From contig OZ059895.1 in NCBI GenBank assembly GCA_964057225.1, positions 14,322,001 to 14,386,000 of the forward strand: a stretch of DNA of 64,000 nucleotides. Direction: 5' to 3'. A model generated the notes under the pieces. The model saw only the letters and a program-made list of their open reading frames with translations. It ran no database searches and had not been told where the DNA came from. This document shows, in pieces, positions 35,406 to 62,900 of the stretch; position 1 is the first letter of the stretch; every line of letters starts with the position of its first letter. Source of the stretch: Auanema rhodensis (Eukaryota; Animalia; Nematoda). A program made the position numbers and the translations under genes.

Positions 35406-38001
35406 ATGATAATTCTATGGATTATTGGTATAGTTGCTTTCTTCTTGTTTGCTAAAGATCCAGTTCCTCTTCTGAATATCTATAGCCAACCTGGAAAATG
35501 GTATGAATTCATTAGATTTCAAATTTTATATATAATAAAAATTAAATTAACAACAATAAGCAACCGATACGACGATTTTTTTGAAATGAAAATGTTATGA
35601 TAATTCAAAGTTCACGTGATCATCACGTACAATATTATTATTGGATATGCTAATTATAGGTATTGGCTTAAATTCTATTTTATGAAAATAATAATTGGTT
35701 TACGTCAAAGAAAAAGCCGTAAATCTACTAAGAAAGATGATTTGATGAACTCAAATTTTGGTGGAAGTGGTGCAAGAGATATTAATGATTTGGAAAAGAA
35801 GCAATATTTGCCAGAATGCGAAACTGTAAGTTACTATATCGATTTTGATAGTTAGCATGATTAGTATAATTAAGAGCAGAGCAGTTGACGCTGTTTTCTT
35901 TGATGGATCCAATAAGGATGGTTGGTATTTTACAATTGGAACAGCTCAAAGTCGCTTTAATGTTATGAATACGTTTATGGTTCTCAGAATACCGAATGTT
36001 GGAACATACATTCTGGGAGACATGTTAGAGAAAACTATTTGGGGGGTTAGTTACTATTCTCATTATGCATTTAGTTATTATAAAATTTGTTATTTTTTAG
36101 TCCAAAGATACCTTAGATTCATGGACTTCGCGTGGATGGTGTATTACATGTATTGAGCCAATGAAGAAGTGGCAAATCACTTTTGAAGGCATGATTACTC
36201 CATCACCCGGACTGAAAACCTTTACTACCATCGGCAAAGAAGAAAAGCCAGACGATGCCGTTCTCATTCCAGCAAAGTTCAATTTAGAATGGACAAACTT
36301 TGGTATTGTTATATTGATCGTATGAAGTTCACAATACAAAATTTCAGGAGAGTATTTTGATTTCGATTTAGAAGTATCACCAACTGCTATTGCTCATTCA
36401 TTAGCTATTGAGCCATGGAGCAGAGAATTATTCGATAAACTCAAGAAAAGTCACCAAACTCATTATGAACAGGTTAACTATATCGAATATACTATGTCTT
36501 TCTCTAACAAATTCTTATTATAGTTTGGATTTTTGAAAGGAACATTTGAAATTGATGGTAAAGTGTATGAACCAGCTCAGTTAACCAGTATGAGAGATCA
36601 TACTAAAGCTCACTATCGACGCTGGACAGACATTCGAAGGTTGTTTTGATGGAAAATTAAAATTTTTGGGGAATTGTAATATGAATTATAGATATATAAT
36701 GATGATTTACCACTTAGAAGATGGAACATGCATTCATACATCAGTTATATCCATGCCAGAAACTGTTTTTACTCATTTAGAATTCGGATATGTTATAACA
36801 CCGTAAGTTTAAATTTATTTTTCTTTTCAAGACCATATAATAAGTTTAAAAAAATTGAATCCCTCTTACTGTCTTCTTTTACTTCTTCCTGAATCTCTTA
36901 TTAGTTTAAAAGATTTTCTATATATAAGTAAGTTTGTAAGTAAAAGAAGAAAACTTATAATTCATACAACTCTTTCATGTATTTACATCTGATTAATGCT
37001 TTTGGCTACTTAGAAAACGGTTTATAATGATATCATACTTTATTTAAATTTTATATTTCACCCTCAACATAATGACGTCAAAATTAGCTCGTTATGTAAA
37101 ACTTTTTAAGCAAAAGCTTATAAAATGTTTTTCTTTTATTATTTTTTTTGTTAAAAAAAGAAGAAAGATATATTATATGTTGAATGTTATCCAATGAGAT
37201 GACGAATGAAGCTTAAGACAATGTATTATTTATCATAAAATGTGTTTTATGTTTGAAGTTTATTTTGAAAAAAATCAAAATAATTAGGTGAAAAATCATT
37301 AAGAAGTTCGTTTTTTATGACTTTAAATATCATTATATATCGTTTAATATCAGTAAATTGGTTTCTTTCCATTAAACTAACTATATCATATAGTTAATGC
37401 TTATAAAGTTTTTATATATTAGAATATTTAAACTTTTATTTTGCTACATAAAGCGTCGAAGAAATTGTTGTAGCTATTGATCATTAAAGGATGTAAAGCA
37501 TGCTTCTTATCGTTGTGCTACAATGCTCAAGATAAAGCCTTATATAAAACTTTTTTCTGAAGATAAAGCCTGATAGAAAACTTAAAAAATTGATTTTTGC
37601 TTATTTTCAAGAGATCAGAAGAAGTATGCAGTTGATCGTGTCCATTTCCAACTTCCTCATCATGGCGAAGACAAGAATTTCCCATCCAAATTCCATTATT
37701 CATTTAAGGCTGCTCATTTAGAATATGATGTTGAGGTATAGTTTACTATATATAGTTATTTAAACAATATTTTATATTTAATAGGTTAATATCATTGATA
37801 CAGCTTCATTCAAAATGGGATTGGATCTTGCATGCCAGGTAGGATATCGTCATCCTCTTCTTCTTCTTTTAACATTTTTCTTCTATAAACACAAACAAAC
37901 AAACAATGTTTCAGGTTAATGAGAATATGGCTGAGTTTGTTGCCAACGGCATCAAAGGCTATGGATTTGCTGAAGTTGAATATAGAATTTCTCCATATTA
38001 A
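35406..38001 (+). CDS. Uncharacterised N-terminally anchored protein with AVDAVFF, HYEQFG and RDH...R.W motifs (possibly an AttH/CrtC-like beta fold); multi-exon
   Basis: ATG at 35406: MIILWIIGIVAFFLFAKDPVPLLNIYSQPGKW|YWLKFY...AVDAVFFDGSNKDGWYFTIGTAQ...CIEPMKKWQITFEG...YFDFDLE...AIEPWSRELFDKLKKSHQTHYEQ|FG...SMRDHTKAHYRRWTDIR|...GIKGYGFAEVEYRISPY*, with TAA at 37999-38001. The splice structure is coherent; the fold assignment is inference. Confidence 0.85.
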
Positions 38002-39263
38002 TTACTTAAGATTTGCTATAAATTATTGTAAAAAAAAAAGAAGAAAAATACAAATAAAACAAACATTTTATTTCATTTTTGTTTATTTTTTGTATATAAT
38101 TTGAAAAAAAAAAGATGAAATGAATTAATATTATTATTATTATTATTAAAACTACAAATAAAAATAATAATTATAATAGTTTTACATATAAAGTTAAACA
38201 TATATAATATATATAATATTTGCCTTATTTAGGCGTATACAAAAAAATAGCCCGCGGATTTTATGCCTATACTATATGTACAATTAACCAATTATAACAT
38301 AATTAATCTTTTTTTATTATTATTTAAACTTCAATAATTTCATTTTTTTTTTAAATAAATTTGAAATTTCTCATTGAATGTCTGAAAATTCAAATATAAT
38401 ATGAAGTTATGATGATAAAATAAAGTTTTAAATGTTTTGAGTAGTTTTATAAGTAGAAAAACTATATTTTAATAAATTCTATTAGAAATATCAAATAAAT
38501 TTTATACTTTTTATCGAAAAAAAAGATATAATTAGTCAAACATTTAAGAGAAAAACTTTGAATTATTGAAGTTTAAATGTTAAAAAATCTTTAATTTGCT
38601 ATCAATGGCACTGTATATAGTTTGAAATTTTAAAAAAAAAATTGAAAACGAATATTTGTTAAAATAAAAAAAAATTAATTTGAATAGTAATTGAATGAAA
38701 AAAAAATTTGAAAGAAAAAAAACGGAAAAAAAAACTTTTGTTTCTCAAATTTTTGGGAAGAAAAACAAAAAAACAAAAGAAAACAAAAAAAAAATAATTA
38801 TTATCGTGCTTTTTGAATGGAAGATGGTAAAGTGATAATAGGAACCATATTAGTAATAAGTGAATCTGTAGGCCAATTTTTAATTTTTTTTTTGTTCGAC
38901 AACTGACTACCCAAATGGAAAATGTTTCAGAAGTCGATGATGTACGATGATGCGGAAGAAGATGAAGAAGACGAAGATGATGATAAAGAAGAGGAACTAG
39001 TTATATAGTTAAGCTAGAAGATTATAGTTAAGCTAATTGAAAATGACTATACAGAAGTTCAAGATAAAAGGAAAGATGTGTGTGTGTGTGTGGGTGGCTG
39101 GCTGGCTGGTTGAGGAGGAAGTAGTAGATGAGATGGTAACTGAATGAAATGAAGAGCTGACGTCGTGATGTGGCAAGTAATCGAAAGATCCTGAGAAATA
39201 TGGTAATAGATGATAGAGGTTTATGGTTTTAGAAGAGAAATAGCTTGAAATCACATATAATCA

Positions 39264-40320
39264 TTATAAGAAAGTTGGTTCATGTTGTGATAGAAGTCGA
39301 ATATCAACAGATTCTGAGCCATCATCAACAACTTCACTCGGCTGCAACTGATTGTACGCAGAAGATCCATTTATCTGCAAATGAAGTACTAACGTCAAAA
39401 ATCATGTTTTCACGATGATAGGATGAAGAAGAAAAAAATTTAAATATACTATATCATATAGCTAACCTGAGATTTATTATTATTATTATGTGCTGCACTA
39501 TTCGGACTAATATTATTATGATTTGTGTTCGTATAGCAAGTTGTTGCTGGTGTTCTTGATGGCTGTTCTTTGATTTTTTGACCATTTTTACCAGACCTAT
39601 ATTTCTGTTGAAGTTGACTATTCAATGCACCTAAAATAAATGTATATTATATGATAAATAGCCTGCTTAACTATACCATATAATATCCAGTTAACAGCTG
39701 AGTTTGTAAAAGGCAAAGCATGAATGAAATACATAACGTAAACAAAAACTGGAGGAATTGATCCTTCTGAGTTGTCTGAAAACAAATGAAACATAGAGTA
39801 TCGTCTGATGTAGATAGGTAGATAGGTAAGCAGGTAGGAATGAAGGAAGGAAGGAAGAACGACAACACAAGCAGGTGCTGCTTGAAACACTGACTGACCA
39901 GAATTTTCCAGATAAACAGCAAAGACAGTTGCTAGCCAGAATGGTGTCCAGCATATAAAGTAAAAGCAGGCTACAGCTAATGTGTACAATGATATTCTCA
40001 TAAGTGGTATATGAGTTCCCTGAAATATAGACTCATATACTATATACTCTTTATTCTATGTATATATTTAACTAAATATATGATATAGTTAAGAAGAGGT
40101 GAAGCATGCATTTGCTAACTCAGTTCTCGCTTGCTTTTGCAGCTACAGAGGGAAATGGAGAGAAAAACGAAATTTTCTTGATGTCATCATCATCAGAAAG
40201 CTCAAATGAATAATGATGATGATGATGGTGTTACTGCAGCTAGTGCTAATGCTTCTAGTTGTAGTTGGAACATCGAACTATCTTCCTCTCTAGCATCCAT
40301 TAAGCCTCATCACCATGATC

Positions 40321-40352
<32 letters not shown>

Positions 40353-40628
40353 GTGCTTTTAATCTTTCAGAATTACTGTTTTCCAAGCTATATCAAAAGG
40401 AAAAGCATTCTTGATCTTTCATTTCATAACTCCCTTTCCTTTCATTTCTTCTCTCCAACGAGATTTGAATTGCAAAAATCGTTTTTTTTTCTTGAATAGT
40501 TAGTATTCACATCATTTTCGTATTCTATCAATAATAATTTCTATTTTACGTATATTTAACTATATTACTATTCATATATAGTTTAAATAGCATTAAAAGC
40601 GGAAGTTGCCAAACAACACCTACATACC

Positions 40629-40675
<47 letters not shown>

Positions 40676-43035
40676 TCTATCTATCTCTTTCAGATTCACT
40701 CTTAATTGAGATGCTCAGAAGACAATGTTCTAGTTTGTCATTCAAGCTTACCAATAAGAAGACGAGTTAGTACGATGACGTGAATGAATTAAGCTCTGAC
40801 TCTTCGTCAGCTTTCTCACTCTTTCAAGCACTCTTCAATCTCTTCTAATTTCTTTCTATCTAACACCTTTTTAAATCAAAAAATTTTTTTTTCAAAATTT
40901 TCTAATTAGAAAATGTTCAAAACGAACCTTAAATCCACGAGCATGTTGTCGTAATTTAGTTAATAACGTTGTATAAAAGAATGCTATAAGTAATAGTGGA
41001 AGACAATAACACAAAACAAATTGATAGATTGTGAACAATGTGAACATGATTGAATCGATATCTACAGTACACTTCTCTACCATCATACGAGTTAGTGTAT
41101 TAGGTCCTTTAATTATAATTATAAGATTTGTATAGTTAAGTAGTTAGTTAGTTATATACCTGTCATACGTTGAAACATGACCAGTTCACGTGATGTAAAT
41201 GACCAAAGAAGTGGGAAAAGCGTGATGAGTGCATAAGCAGCAAGACCTAGAAACATTGTTTTTTTTTAATTTTAACTATATTATTTGATTATATATATAT
41301 ATATATAGTTAACTGATTTTACCTAAGAGTATTCCGATAGCTACCCGTCGTGATCGAAGATACTTCTTTTGTGGATGACAGACACCAGCATAACGGTCAA
41401 AAGCCATAGCTGTCATAATCAAAGCTGACAGAATTTTGCCGAAATTCTCGAATACAGCATGAAGCTTACAAGGAATAACCCCAAACATCCAGAAACCCAA
41501 AATCTGTAACAGATAGCATTCATTAATAGAAAAATACTCTCTCTATCTGTGTCTCTCTTTCTTTCTTTACGCTAAGAAAGATTTTTGGAATGAATGATAA
41601 ATGAATTTGAAGACATTGTCCTCAATAGATACTTATGTAATTCATATTTCACGTGAATCATCATATCATTCAGGTCAAATACATTCATTTCCGTGTATAC
41701 GCATATGGACGAACAGTTGCATTTCTCACGCTTTTTCCAGAATCTCATCTTCACTTATGTATTCCATTCACTCCGATTATAATATATTTTATTCTTTTAA
41801 ATACCAAAAAATTCAAAAGTACTGCCCCACATAGTTAAGCCAACCTGTCGTCGACGCCGCTCAGCTCCTTCTTCTTCCTCTCACGCGCGCTTTCTCTCGT
41901 TGTGATTTCAGGAACAAAAAAATAAATAAAATAAAAGAATTACCTGATCTATGACCGTAAATGGAAGAGAAAGACATACACCAAAATCAACACATGAAAG
42001 AACTATTACATATAGTAATGTATTATCAATTGTCGTATTTGAAGATCGAACAACATGATATATAGTTGTTAAAACAGCCACATTTCCACATGTACCTATA
42101 TGGACACATTATATATTATTTTATAAATAAAAGTCAATATTTCTATATTATATACTATAAATACAAACAAATAAACAAACAAATAATATAATATATATAG
42201 ATATTTAGATATATTTATAAGCAATTATCTATACCTAAAAGGAATAATAGGAGATAGGATATGGCCATTATCATTACATGTAAATCTTCATGATTCGGTG
42301 GTGGCAGAACATTGTTTACTGTTAAACCAGACTGAAATACAACTAATTATCTTATTGTGCTCTTAACTATATCATATAGATAGATATATATAATATTTGA
42401 ATAAAGAATATAAATATATATAGATATATAGTTAACTTTATAATGTTATAAATGGATTTTTGAATTAAAAAGTATTTTAAAGTATTAATCATAAATGTCT
42501 TTAATTTGCATAAATAGGTTCACGTCTAATATGACGTGATTTACGTCATTATGTTAATTTTATTTTATTATGTAAACGTATAGTAATCGGTTGTTTTTAT
42601 TATAACTATATAACTAACTAACTATCATATCATTTAAATGTTTCCCTTAATCATTCAAGGACTAAATTTCTTTTTTTGAATATTTGCAAAAAAAAAAGTC
42701 TTATGGCGCTTAAAATAAAAAAATTCAGTATAGCTTCTGCGATTTTCAAGAATAATAAAGAAGTAATGTTGGTTAATCTTGCAATATTTCAATTTTATGT
42801 CAAAAATATTTATGCTGACTGGTTATTGGATTGAATGATAAGAAGAAGCTTTCATCATATTCTAGTTTTAACAAATAGTATAGTAATACTAACTATGTGA
42901 ACTATGAGTACATTAACATAGATTATCTTATTATCTTTATGAATAAAGAAACATGTGTTTGTTGTAAGAACTTACGGAATTCATTGGGTACTGCGATGAG
43001 ACGAATTCATCCGTCTCATTGAGAAAGTCGAACAT
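39264..43035 (-). CDS. npr-17: Class A neuropeptide GPCR, somatostatin/opioid-receptor-like; multi-exon
   Basis: ATG at 43035: MFDFLNETDEFVSSQYPMNS|SGLTVNNVLPPPNHEDLHVMIMAISYLLLFLL|GTCGNVAVLTTIYHVVRSS...VIDQ|ILGFWMFGVIPCKLHAVFENFGKILSALIMTAMAFDRY...CWTPFW...LPFTNSAVNWILY|GALN...DIRLLSQHEPTFL*, with the stop at 39266-39264. This matches the C. elegans NPR-17 (C06G4.5) sequence as I recall it. Confidence 0.87.
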
Positions 43036-43099
43036 GGTTCAGAAGATATCACTAAGTATTCTGATGAAGACGGCAATGGTCGTCGTTGTATGTTTGTGG

Positions 43100-56820
<13,721 letters not shown>

Positions 56821-57169
56821 CACAAGCTACAGTTTACCTAATGATGATGAAATCTATACGAATAGAACATTGGATGAGTGATGAAGAATACAGAAAATAG
56901 AATGCATATACTACAAGTTCTGAACAAATCTTTCATATGAAGTTGAAGAAACTGCTGGTAAAGTTGGACGGGTGAAAGGAGAACGGAGAAGGGGCTAGTA
57001 GAGTAGTACACGGAAGGGGTGATAGAAGGGAGGCAAAAGGAAATTAAATGAAAAATGAATGAATAGAAAAGGCGGTTGATGATTGATATGACTGAATTTG
57101 ATGAGAAAAAAACATTTTTTTAAGCCAAAATGAAAGCATTTAAGGCTTTGGTCGGTTGGTAAACTAGGT

Positions 57170-59955
57170 TTACAAGGTTTCCCAGATATCCTTTGAAAGG
57201 ACTGGACTGAGATTAGGGGTGTTGCGAGGTTCACCATAAACTCCAAGATCTCCGACGTAACGCTCGTTATCAGAAGGCTTCAAGCCACATGGACGACGGA
57301 ATTCATTCTGACGTTCGTGAATCCACTTGTTGGCAACCCATTTGAGTCCCACAAGAACAGGGCATCCAGCATGACGAGTCATTGGATTACCATCACCTTG
57401 ACGATAAAGGTTATACCAGAAGAGAGCATCATTCTTCGATACGGTAATGGTTGATTTAGCATCTGTGAATACAGTACTTCCTCCAAGTTGAGTCTGAGAC
57501 ATCTGCAACAAATTTATTTTTTTCTTTTAAGAAAATTTGTTTTTATGAATGATGCAATGATACTTACGTAAAGAAGTACAGTAGCAACTCTGTTTCCGGT
57601 TCCTAAAGATTCGAAAGATTTACTTTCTTCCTTACGAGCATGATCGAAATGAGGGTCGTAATGTCCTCCAATTCCATAGTTTTGAACCTTAAAATGGAAA
57701 TATAGAGTATATGGAAATTTTCAATTTTTACGTAAAACATGACGGAAAACTTCAGCTTGATTTCTAATGTAGGTGAAGCTGAACTGGTTGCAACCATGTT
57801 CTCTATCTCTTTCATCTCGATCGCCCTTTCGCGCCCAGTCTCTCTCTCTCTCTCTCTCTATCCCTCTATCTATCCCTCTATCTATCTACCCACAAACATA
57901 CAACCAGTGCTTGTTTTCGTTTCAAAATCGTTTAAGGGGGATACAATGAAAGATTCAAACATACTTGGAGTTCTTCAGCTGTCTCTTGATCCAAGTTAGT
58001 CATGTAATCGATACGGTTATTCACACGATGAACAACTTCATGTTCCCAATCCTTAAGCCAAGCACTGAAATAATACAAAACGAATTACACGAAACATCAT
58101 CCATAATACTAACCTCTTACTGATACGGTAACTGGCAGTAACAAGCTTTCCTGAAGCAGCATCATGGACAGTGGCTCTAGCAAGCTGTAAAGGTTGCAAG
58201 TTATAAAAGCTTATATAGAATGAAAATCTACTTACTCTTGGGGCAGAAAGCTCTTGAATAAGCTCAATTTCTTCGTCACTAATAACATCTTTGAATAATA
58301 CAGCTAAAGGATTGAAACGAACAATTTCAATCTTAATAGGAGCATAAACAAGGAATGGACGATCACGCTTGTAATAGCAATACAGCTTGCTCTTTTCCTT
58401 TTCAATCTAAAAAAATGAAGTTCGATGACTAAAATCTATGTACGATGTGAAACGTACGACTGGAATTTCTCCACGACAAAGAGCTTCATACATAGTGCGT
58501 TCCTTGTTTCCGAGTACACTGGATGGACGAGAGTTACTGATAGGTCCGAGATTTCTAAAGAAATTAGAGAATAAGCTGATGATAATGCTTTTACTTGAAC
58601 TTACTTTCTCCAGTTACTTTTCTTGATTCCATCTTGTTGAAGAAGATCCTCATACCATTTGACATTTCCTTTAGCACGTGGATGAGTTGGATCTAGAAAA
58701 GAATCTTTAGATCAACGGAAAGAGAAAGAAACGAACTCAGAGCATATAATTCATCAGTAAGCTTAAGAGCGTGTTTAAGATTTCCTTGTTTGTAGAGAGA
58801 ATAAGCCAAATATTCAAGAACCTATACGATTTTTAATGAAAAAACTGTCATGAGAAGCTGTATAGTCTCTTACATCTTCCTTATTGGCATATGAAAAACC
58901 ACGAGTTTCAATCTCTTTCTCCAATTGACGTTTAGCTTCGTCCATCCAAAGAATTGTATGATAATAATCTTCATCATTGTAAGCTGAACGTCCAATTTCG
59001 AAGCAATCATTTGCTGAAAAAATGATATTTCATTGATAACTTCATGAGGTATAATCCTACAATCAAAGGTATAGTTTCCTTGAACACGATAGATACGTCC
59101 TTCAGAAAGCTCACGGGGATCAAGACGATATGTATCTTGAAGGCGGAGAATTCCATTAGCGGCTCCAGTCAGATCTTCCTGTAAGGCATTGCTTTTGTTT
59201 TGAGACAACCAAAATAAATCAAAACAATTTGCAAAAGGTACTGCACGGAGTGGGATTTGAACCCACGCCCTCATACGAGGACCAGAACACTCAACTCTAT
59301 ACACAGAGTAAGAGAGAAAGAACTCTTGAGTCTGGCGCCTTAGACCACTCGGCCATCCGTGCTTATGTTTCGTTGATAACAAAACGTTAAAAAAGGGAAA
59401 CAGAAAAGACGAAAAGAAATAAATAAAACGAGTTTTGTATTACCTGAGTTGGATAACGGATGCCATAGTTGGCGTTGGTTATCTTGTCCAAGAAACTTTG
59501 AGCTTTGTTAATATTCATCTGCTGTTCGATTTCCTTCCAATCAAAGATCTGAAGAGAAAAAAATAAATTGAAGCCGTTGGAGATCGAATTTCAAAAAAAA
59601 AAAAAGAAGGAAAAACTAAAAGAAATACAAAAATATTTCCTTACCTTTCTCTTGATCATGAGGAAAGCATTAATGGGATTGGTGATATCCTTGATACCAG
59701 TTTCAATAGAATCTTCATTTCTCTTTTGATATCTTTCAGCTAATCTTAAAGAAATAAATGAAATAAGATGATTCGAATGAAGAATTTCAATTACTTTCTA
59801 AGCGTTAGAAGACGACTTTCCTCTTCCTCAATGTATTTATTCAAAATATTTGGAATAGCTTTCTCTGAATCTAAGAGATTTTGCATATCAGCCACAGAGG
59901 TGAACAGATCAGCAGCAACATAGCCAGTTAGAGCTAGCAAGATTACCGCCCTCAT
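57170..59955 (-). CDS. dpy-18: Collagen prolyl 4-hydroxylase alpha subunit (PHY-1); multi-exon
   Basis: ATG at 59955: MRAVILLALTGYVAADLFTSVADMQNLL...ITNPINAFLMIK...YPT|QEDLTGAANGILRLQDTY...YRISK|SAWLK...NYGIGGHYDPHFDHA...GNRVATVLFY|MS...RHAGCPVLVGLKWVANKWIHE. The C-terminal extension ending KDIWETL* fits phy-1/dpy-18 rather than phy-2. Confidence 0.93.
59242..59362 (-). tRNA. tRNA-Leu(CAA) with a 37-nt intron (59324-59288), inside a dpy-18 intron
   Basis: The minus strand reads GCACGGATGGCCGAGTGGTCTAAGGCGCCAGACTCAAG[intron]TTCTGGTCCTCGTATGAGGGCGTGGGTTCAAATCCCACTCCGTGCA. It has A and B boxes, a long variable arm, an 84-nt mature length and a TTTT terminator just downstream. Confidence 0.97.
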
Positions 59956-62900
59956 TCGAAGTTCTAAATAGAATATTTATAATTATATGAAGATAATAAG
60001 CAAACTAATCAGTGGCAAGAAAGATAAAAGAATAAAAAGAAGTGAAAAAGTAACAAAAAGTCAAAAAAAAACTTAAAAAAGGGAAAATACATGTTAACTA
60101 TACGTATAGTTGTAAGATATAAAATGTGAATTAAAAGGGAAAATATGTAATAAATGAAAGGAAAAGCAACTTGAGATACTAATTGAAAACAGAAAAGAAG
60201 AAGAAGAATAAGAGAGAGAAGGTGAGAGATGAAGAGATGAGAGAGAGTTTGTAAGCATGCGGCATGCCGAAGGTGTTGATCAAGCGCCAATCTCATATAA
60301 GGTGAAAAGTGAGATGGCAAAACTGAAAAAGTGGTTTTAGATTGTTTTAAAGTGAAAAAACTGAGGAAAAGATGTAAACAAGAAGACGATGATGATGATA
60401 ATGTTCAAAGACGAGGACGATCATCCACACCAACAAGGAAATCAGAATGTCGACGTGCATTTTCTGGTCTTGCAAAACCGATATCGTTAGTTGATGCTTG
60501 TTCAAATGACCACGGAATTTATAAGACTGGATCTAACATAGAACGAAGAAAAAAAGAATTTGAAAGAGAATATGAAAGAGAGAGAGAGCGTTAGATAGAA
60601 AGAAAGATAGAGAGAGAGACGAAGAGAGAGAAAGAGAAACACAACCGTTCACTATCTATAGACGGGAGATATATTGAAGGCTCAAGCTGTTCCACGTGAA
60701 TTTCACGTAGAATTCAAATTACAATAGCGCGTAAAGTGAAGAGAAATTAAGAATGAAGATAGTGAGACGACAGGGGGAGACGATAATCAAAAAAATTGTT
60801 TAAACAATCCCAGCGAAACAAAATATGAAAAAAAGAAAAAAAAGGAAAGTGTATGTAAGTATATGTGTATGTAAGAAAACTGGATTACAAATTTGAATCT
60901 TTGTCACTCGTCGTCAACGACAGCAGAAGAACAGAAATCGTTTTTGGAGAAAGCCACTGTTTCGACGACGGTCACAGCATTGCCTGTATGATGGGACGGG
61001 GCAGAGAGAGAGAAAAAGGCTTTTTTCTCGGATGATCATGATGAGTTTTAATGAAAATATATGAAAAGATCGAAAGAACGATCAGTTCAAGCTTCAAAGA
61101 TTACAAGAAATTATATGATTATGAGCAATATACATGGGAAAACGATACAAATGTATGATGATGTGACCTATGCAAGAGGGTTGAGTCTAATGGTTTAAGG
61201 TCAGATCGGCATCTCTGAGCTCTTTGTCCATTCATCAACATCTCAACCATAAATCGGTATAAGTAGCTAAAATTAGATTAATGTGATAAAAAATAATATT
61301 TGAGGAGAGAAGGGAAAGTAACAAGTTGAAAAGTTGAAAGAGGATTCTGGTGACGACAGCATGCTGACAACGAGGCTAGCTCGACGACCGAAATTTCTTA
61401 AATAAATTCATAAATCGTTGTGATTTCAAAGGGTATGTCAGGAAGCATAACTATCTATCTTCGATTAGTCGTCGGCCCGAATAAGAAAGAGAGGAAAATG
61501 GATGGGATGGTTGGGTTATCTAGCTACTGGTCGGTCTAGGTGACCATTCTGACACGAAAGGAAACCAGTTCTTCAGATATGTAAGATGCATATAGCTAGT
61601 ATATAGATAGAACATGAATACTGAAAGGAATTTGGTGTTTCAAGACTCAGCATATACTTCGGAATCTTGTAACTTCCACTTCATACTTCTTGGATTTCAT
61701 TTTCACAATAAGGTGGTTGAGAAACTAGCGCACATCTTGTGTATGGCTAGTATCTCAAGAAGGGAAGATGAGCTAGAATGTGCGGTAAAATACGTCAAGA
61801 ACTTGCATAGTTAGTAGGTTGAATAAGGATTAAGACGGAATACAGATCGTATACAGCCAAAGGTTGCTGTTGATTTGAATTGAATTAGAAACCAATAAAT
61901 GGAAAACGATTCAGAAGAATCACACCTTCAACACGTCGATCGTCTTCAGATGCCAGTCGCGGTGACCACTCTTTTAAAGCCTTCGAAGTGCCAATGATGA
62001 CGAAGCATTAGCTGGGCATCTCCGCTATAAGAAAGTGTACAGACACGACTGATGCTGATGATGATGACGTGACTTTAAGGAAAACTGATCGCATACGACC
62101 CAGATCGAGCAGAAAGCAGCACTACTAGCAACAGTCAGCATTAGCAACTGGCGACGACATCGACGACGCTGATGGTGACGATCAGCGGTTCTTGGGGGCC
62201 TCGTCGCTGTCTCTGTTTCTCTCTTCTTCTCATCCTATCCATCTTTTCTTGTTTAGTGTAGGATAGTCCGGTCGAATAAAGGACACGTGGCCAAGTTGGA
62301 AGACAGGCTGTAGTGATTGGGGCTAAGGATTGTGGGAGGGGGGGGGAGTGAATCGGGTGTATAAGCAGAACGGATAGAAGGTCGAGAGACGATTAATTAA
62401 TTAAAAAGAAAAAATTAACATGATAACGATTCAATTGAAGAAATATAAAAAAATTTATATAAAGAAATGTATACATATAGTTAGCATAGTTAACGATTTG
62501 AGGGCAAAATGAGCGAAATGAACTAACTGTGTGGAAGAGGCAATGGTGGATATAAACAATCAAATGAACTAAAGATAAACATCAAAGGGTCAAAATATCA
62601 TCATCATCGTCATCTTGTTCGCCATTTTTTCTTCCAAAAAACACTAAAATCTGCCATATACAAAAACTAAGTCGGAGATTGATGAGCCATAAAGTGATCA
62701 AGATGAGGCTCCTGCTGCTACTGCTACTGCTACTGCTACTGCTCAACTTCTTCCTTATAGCAATATGTATGCTCAATATTAGGTCATGAAGAATATAATA
62801 TATTTACTTTTTCATAGAAAATCTTTGAATATATCTCATAAGTACTATGGATATAATGGTAACAGGCAAAATAATTCTTGAAAAAAAATGAGTTTTTCAT

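Noticed and set aside
58870-59382. 170-aa ORF as a separate gene
   Set aside because: It is a chance read-through of the tRNA and intron into a dpy-18 exon.
61990-62060. ATGATGA...CTGA as a C/D snoRNA upstream of dpy-18
   Set aside because: It sits in GAT-rich sequence where these words arise by chance, with no clear terminal stem or guide.
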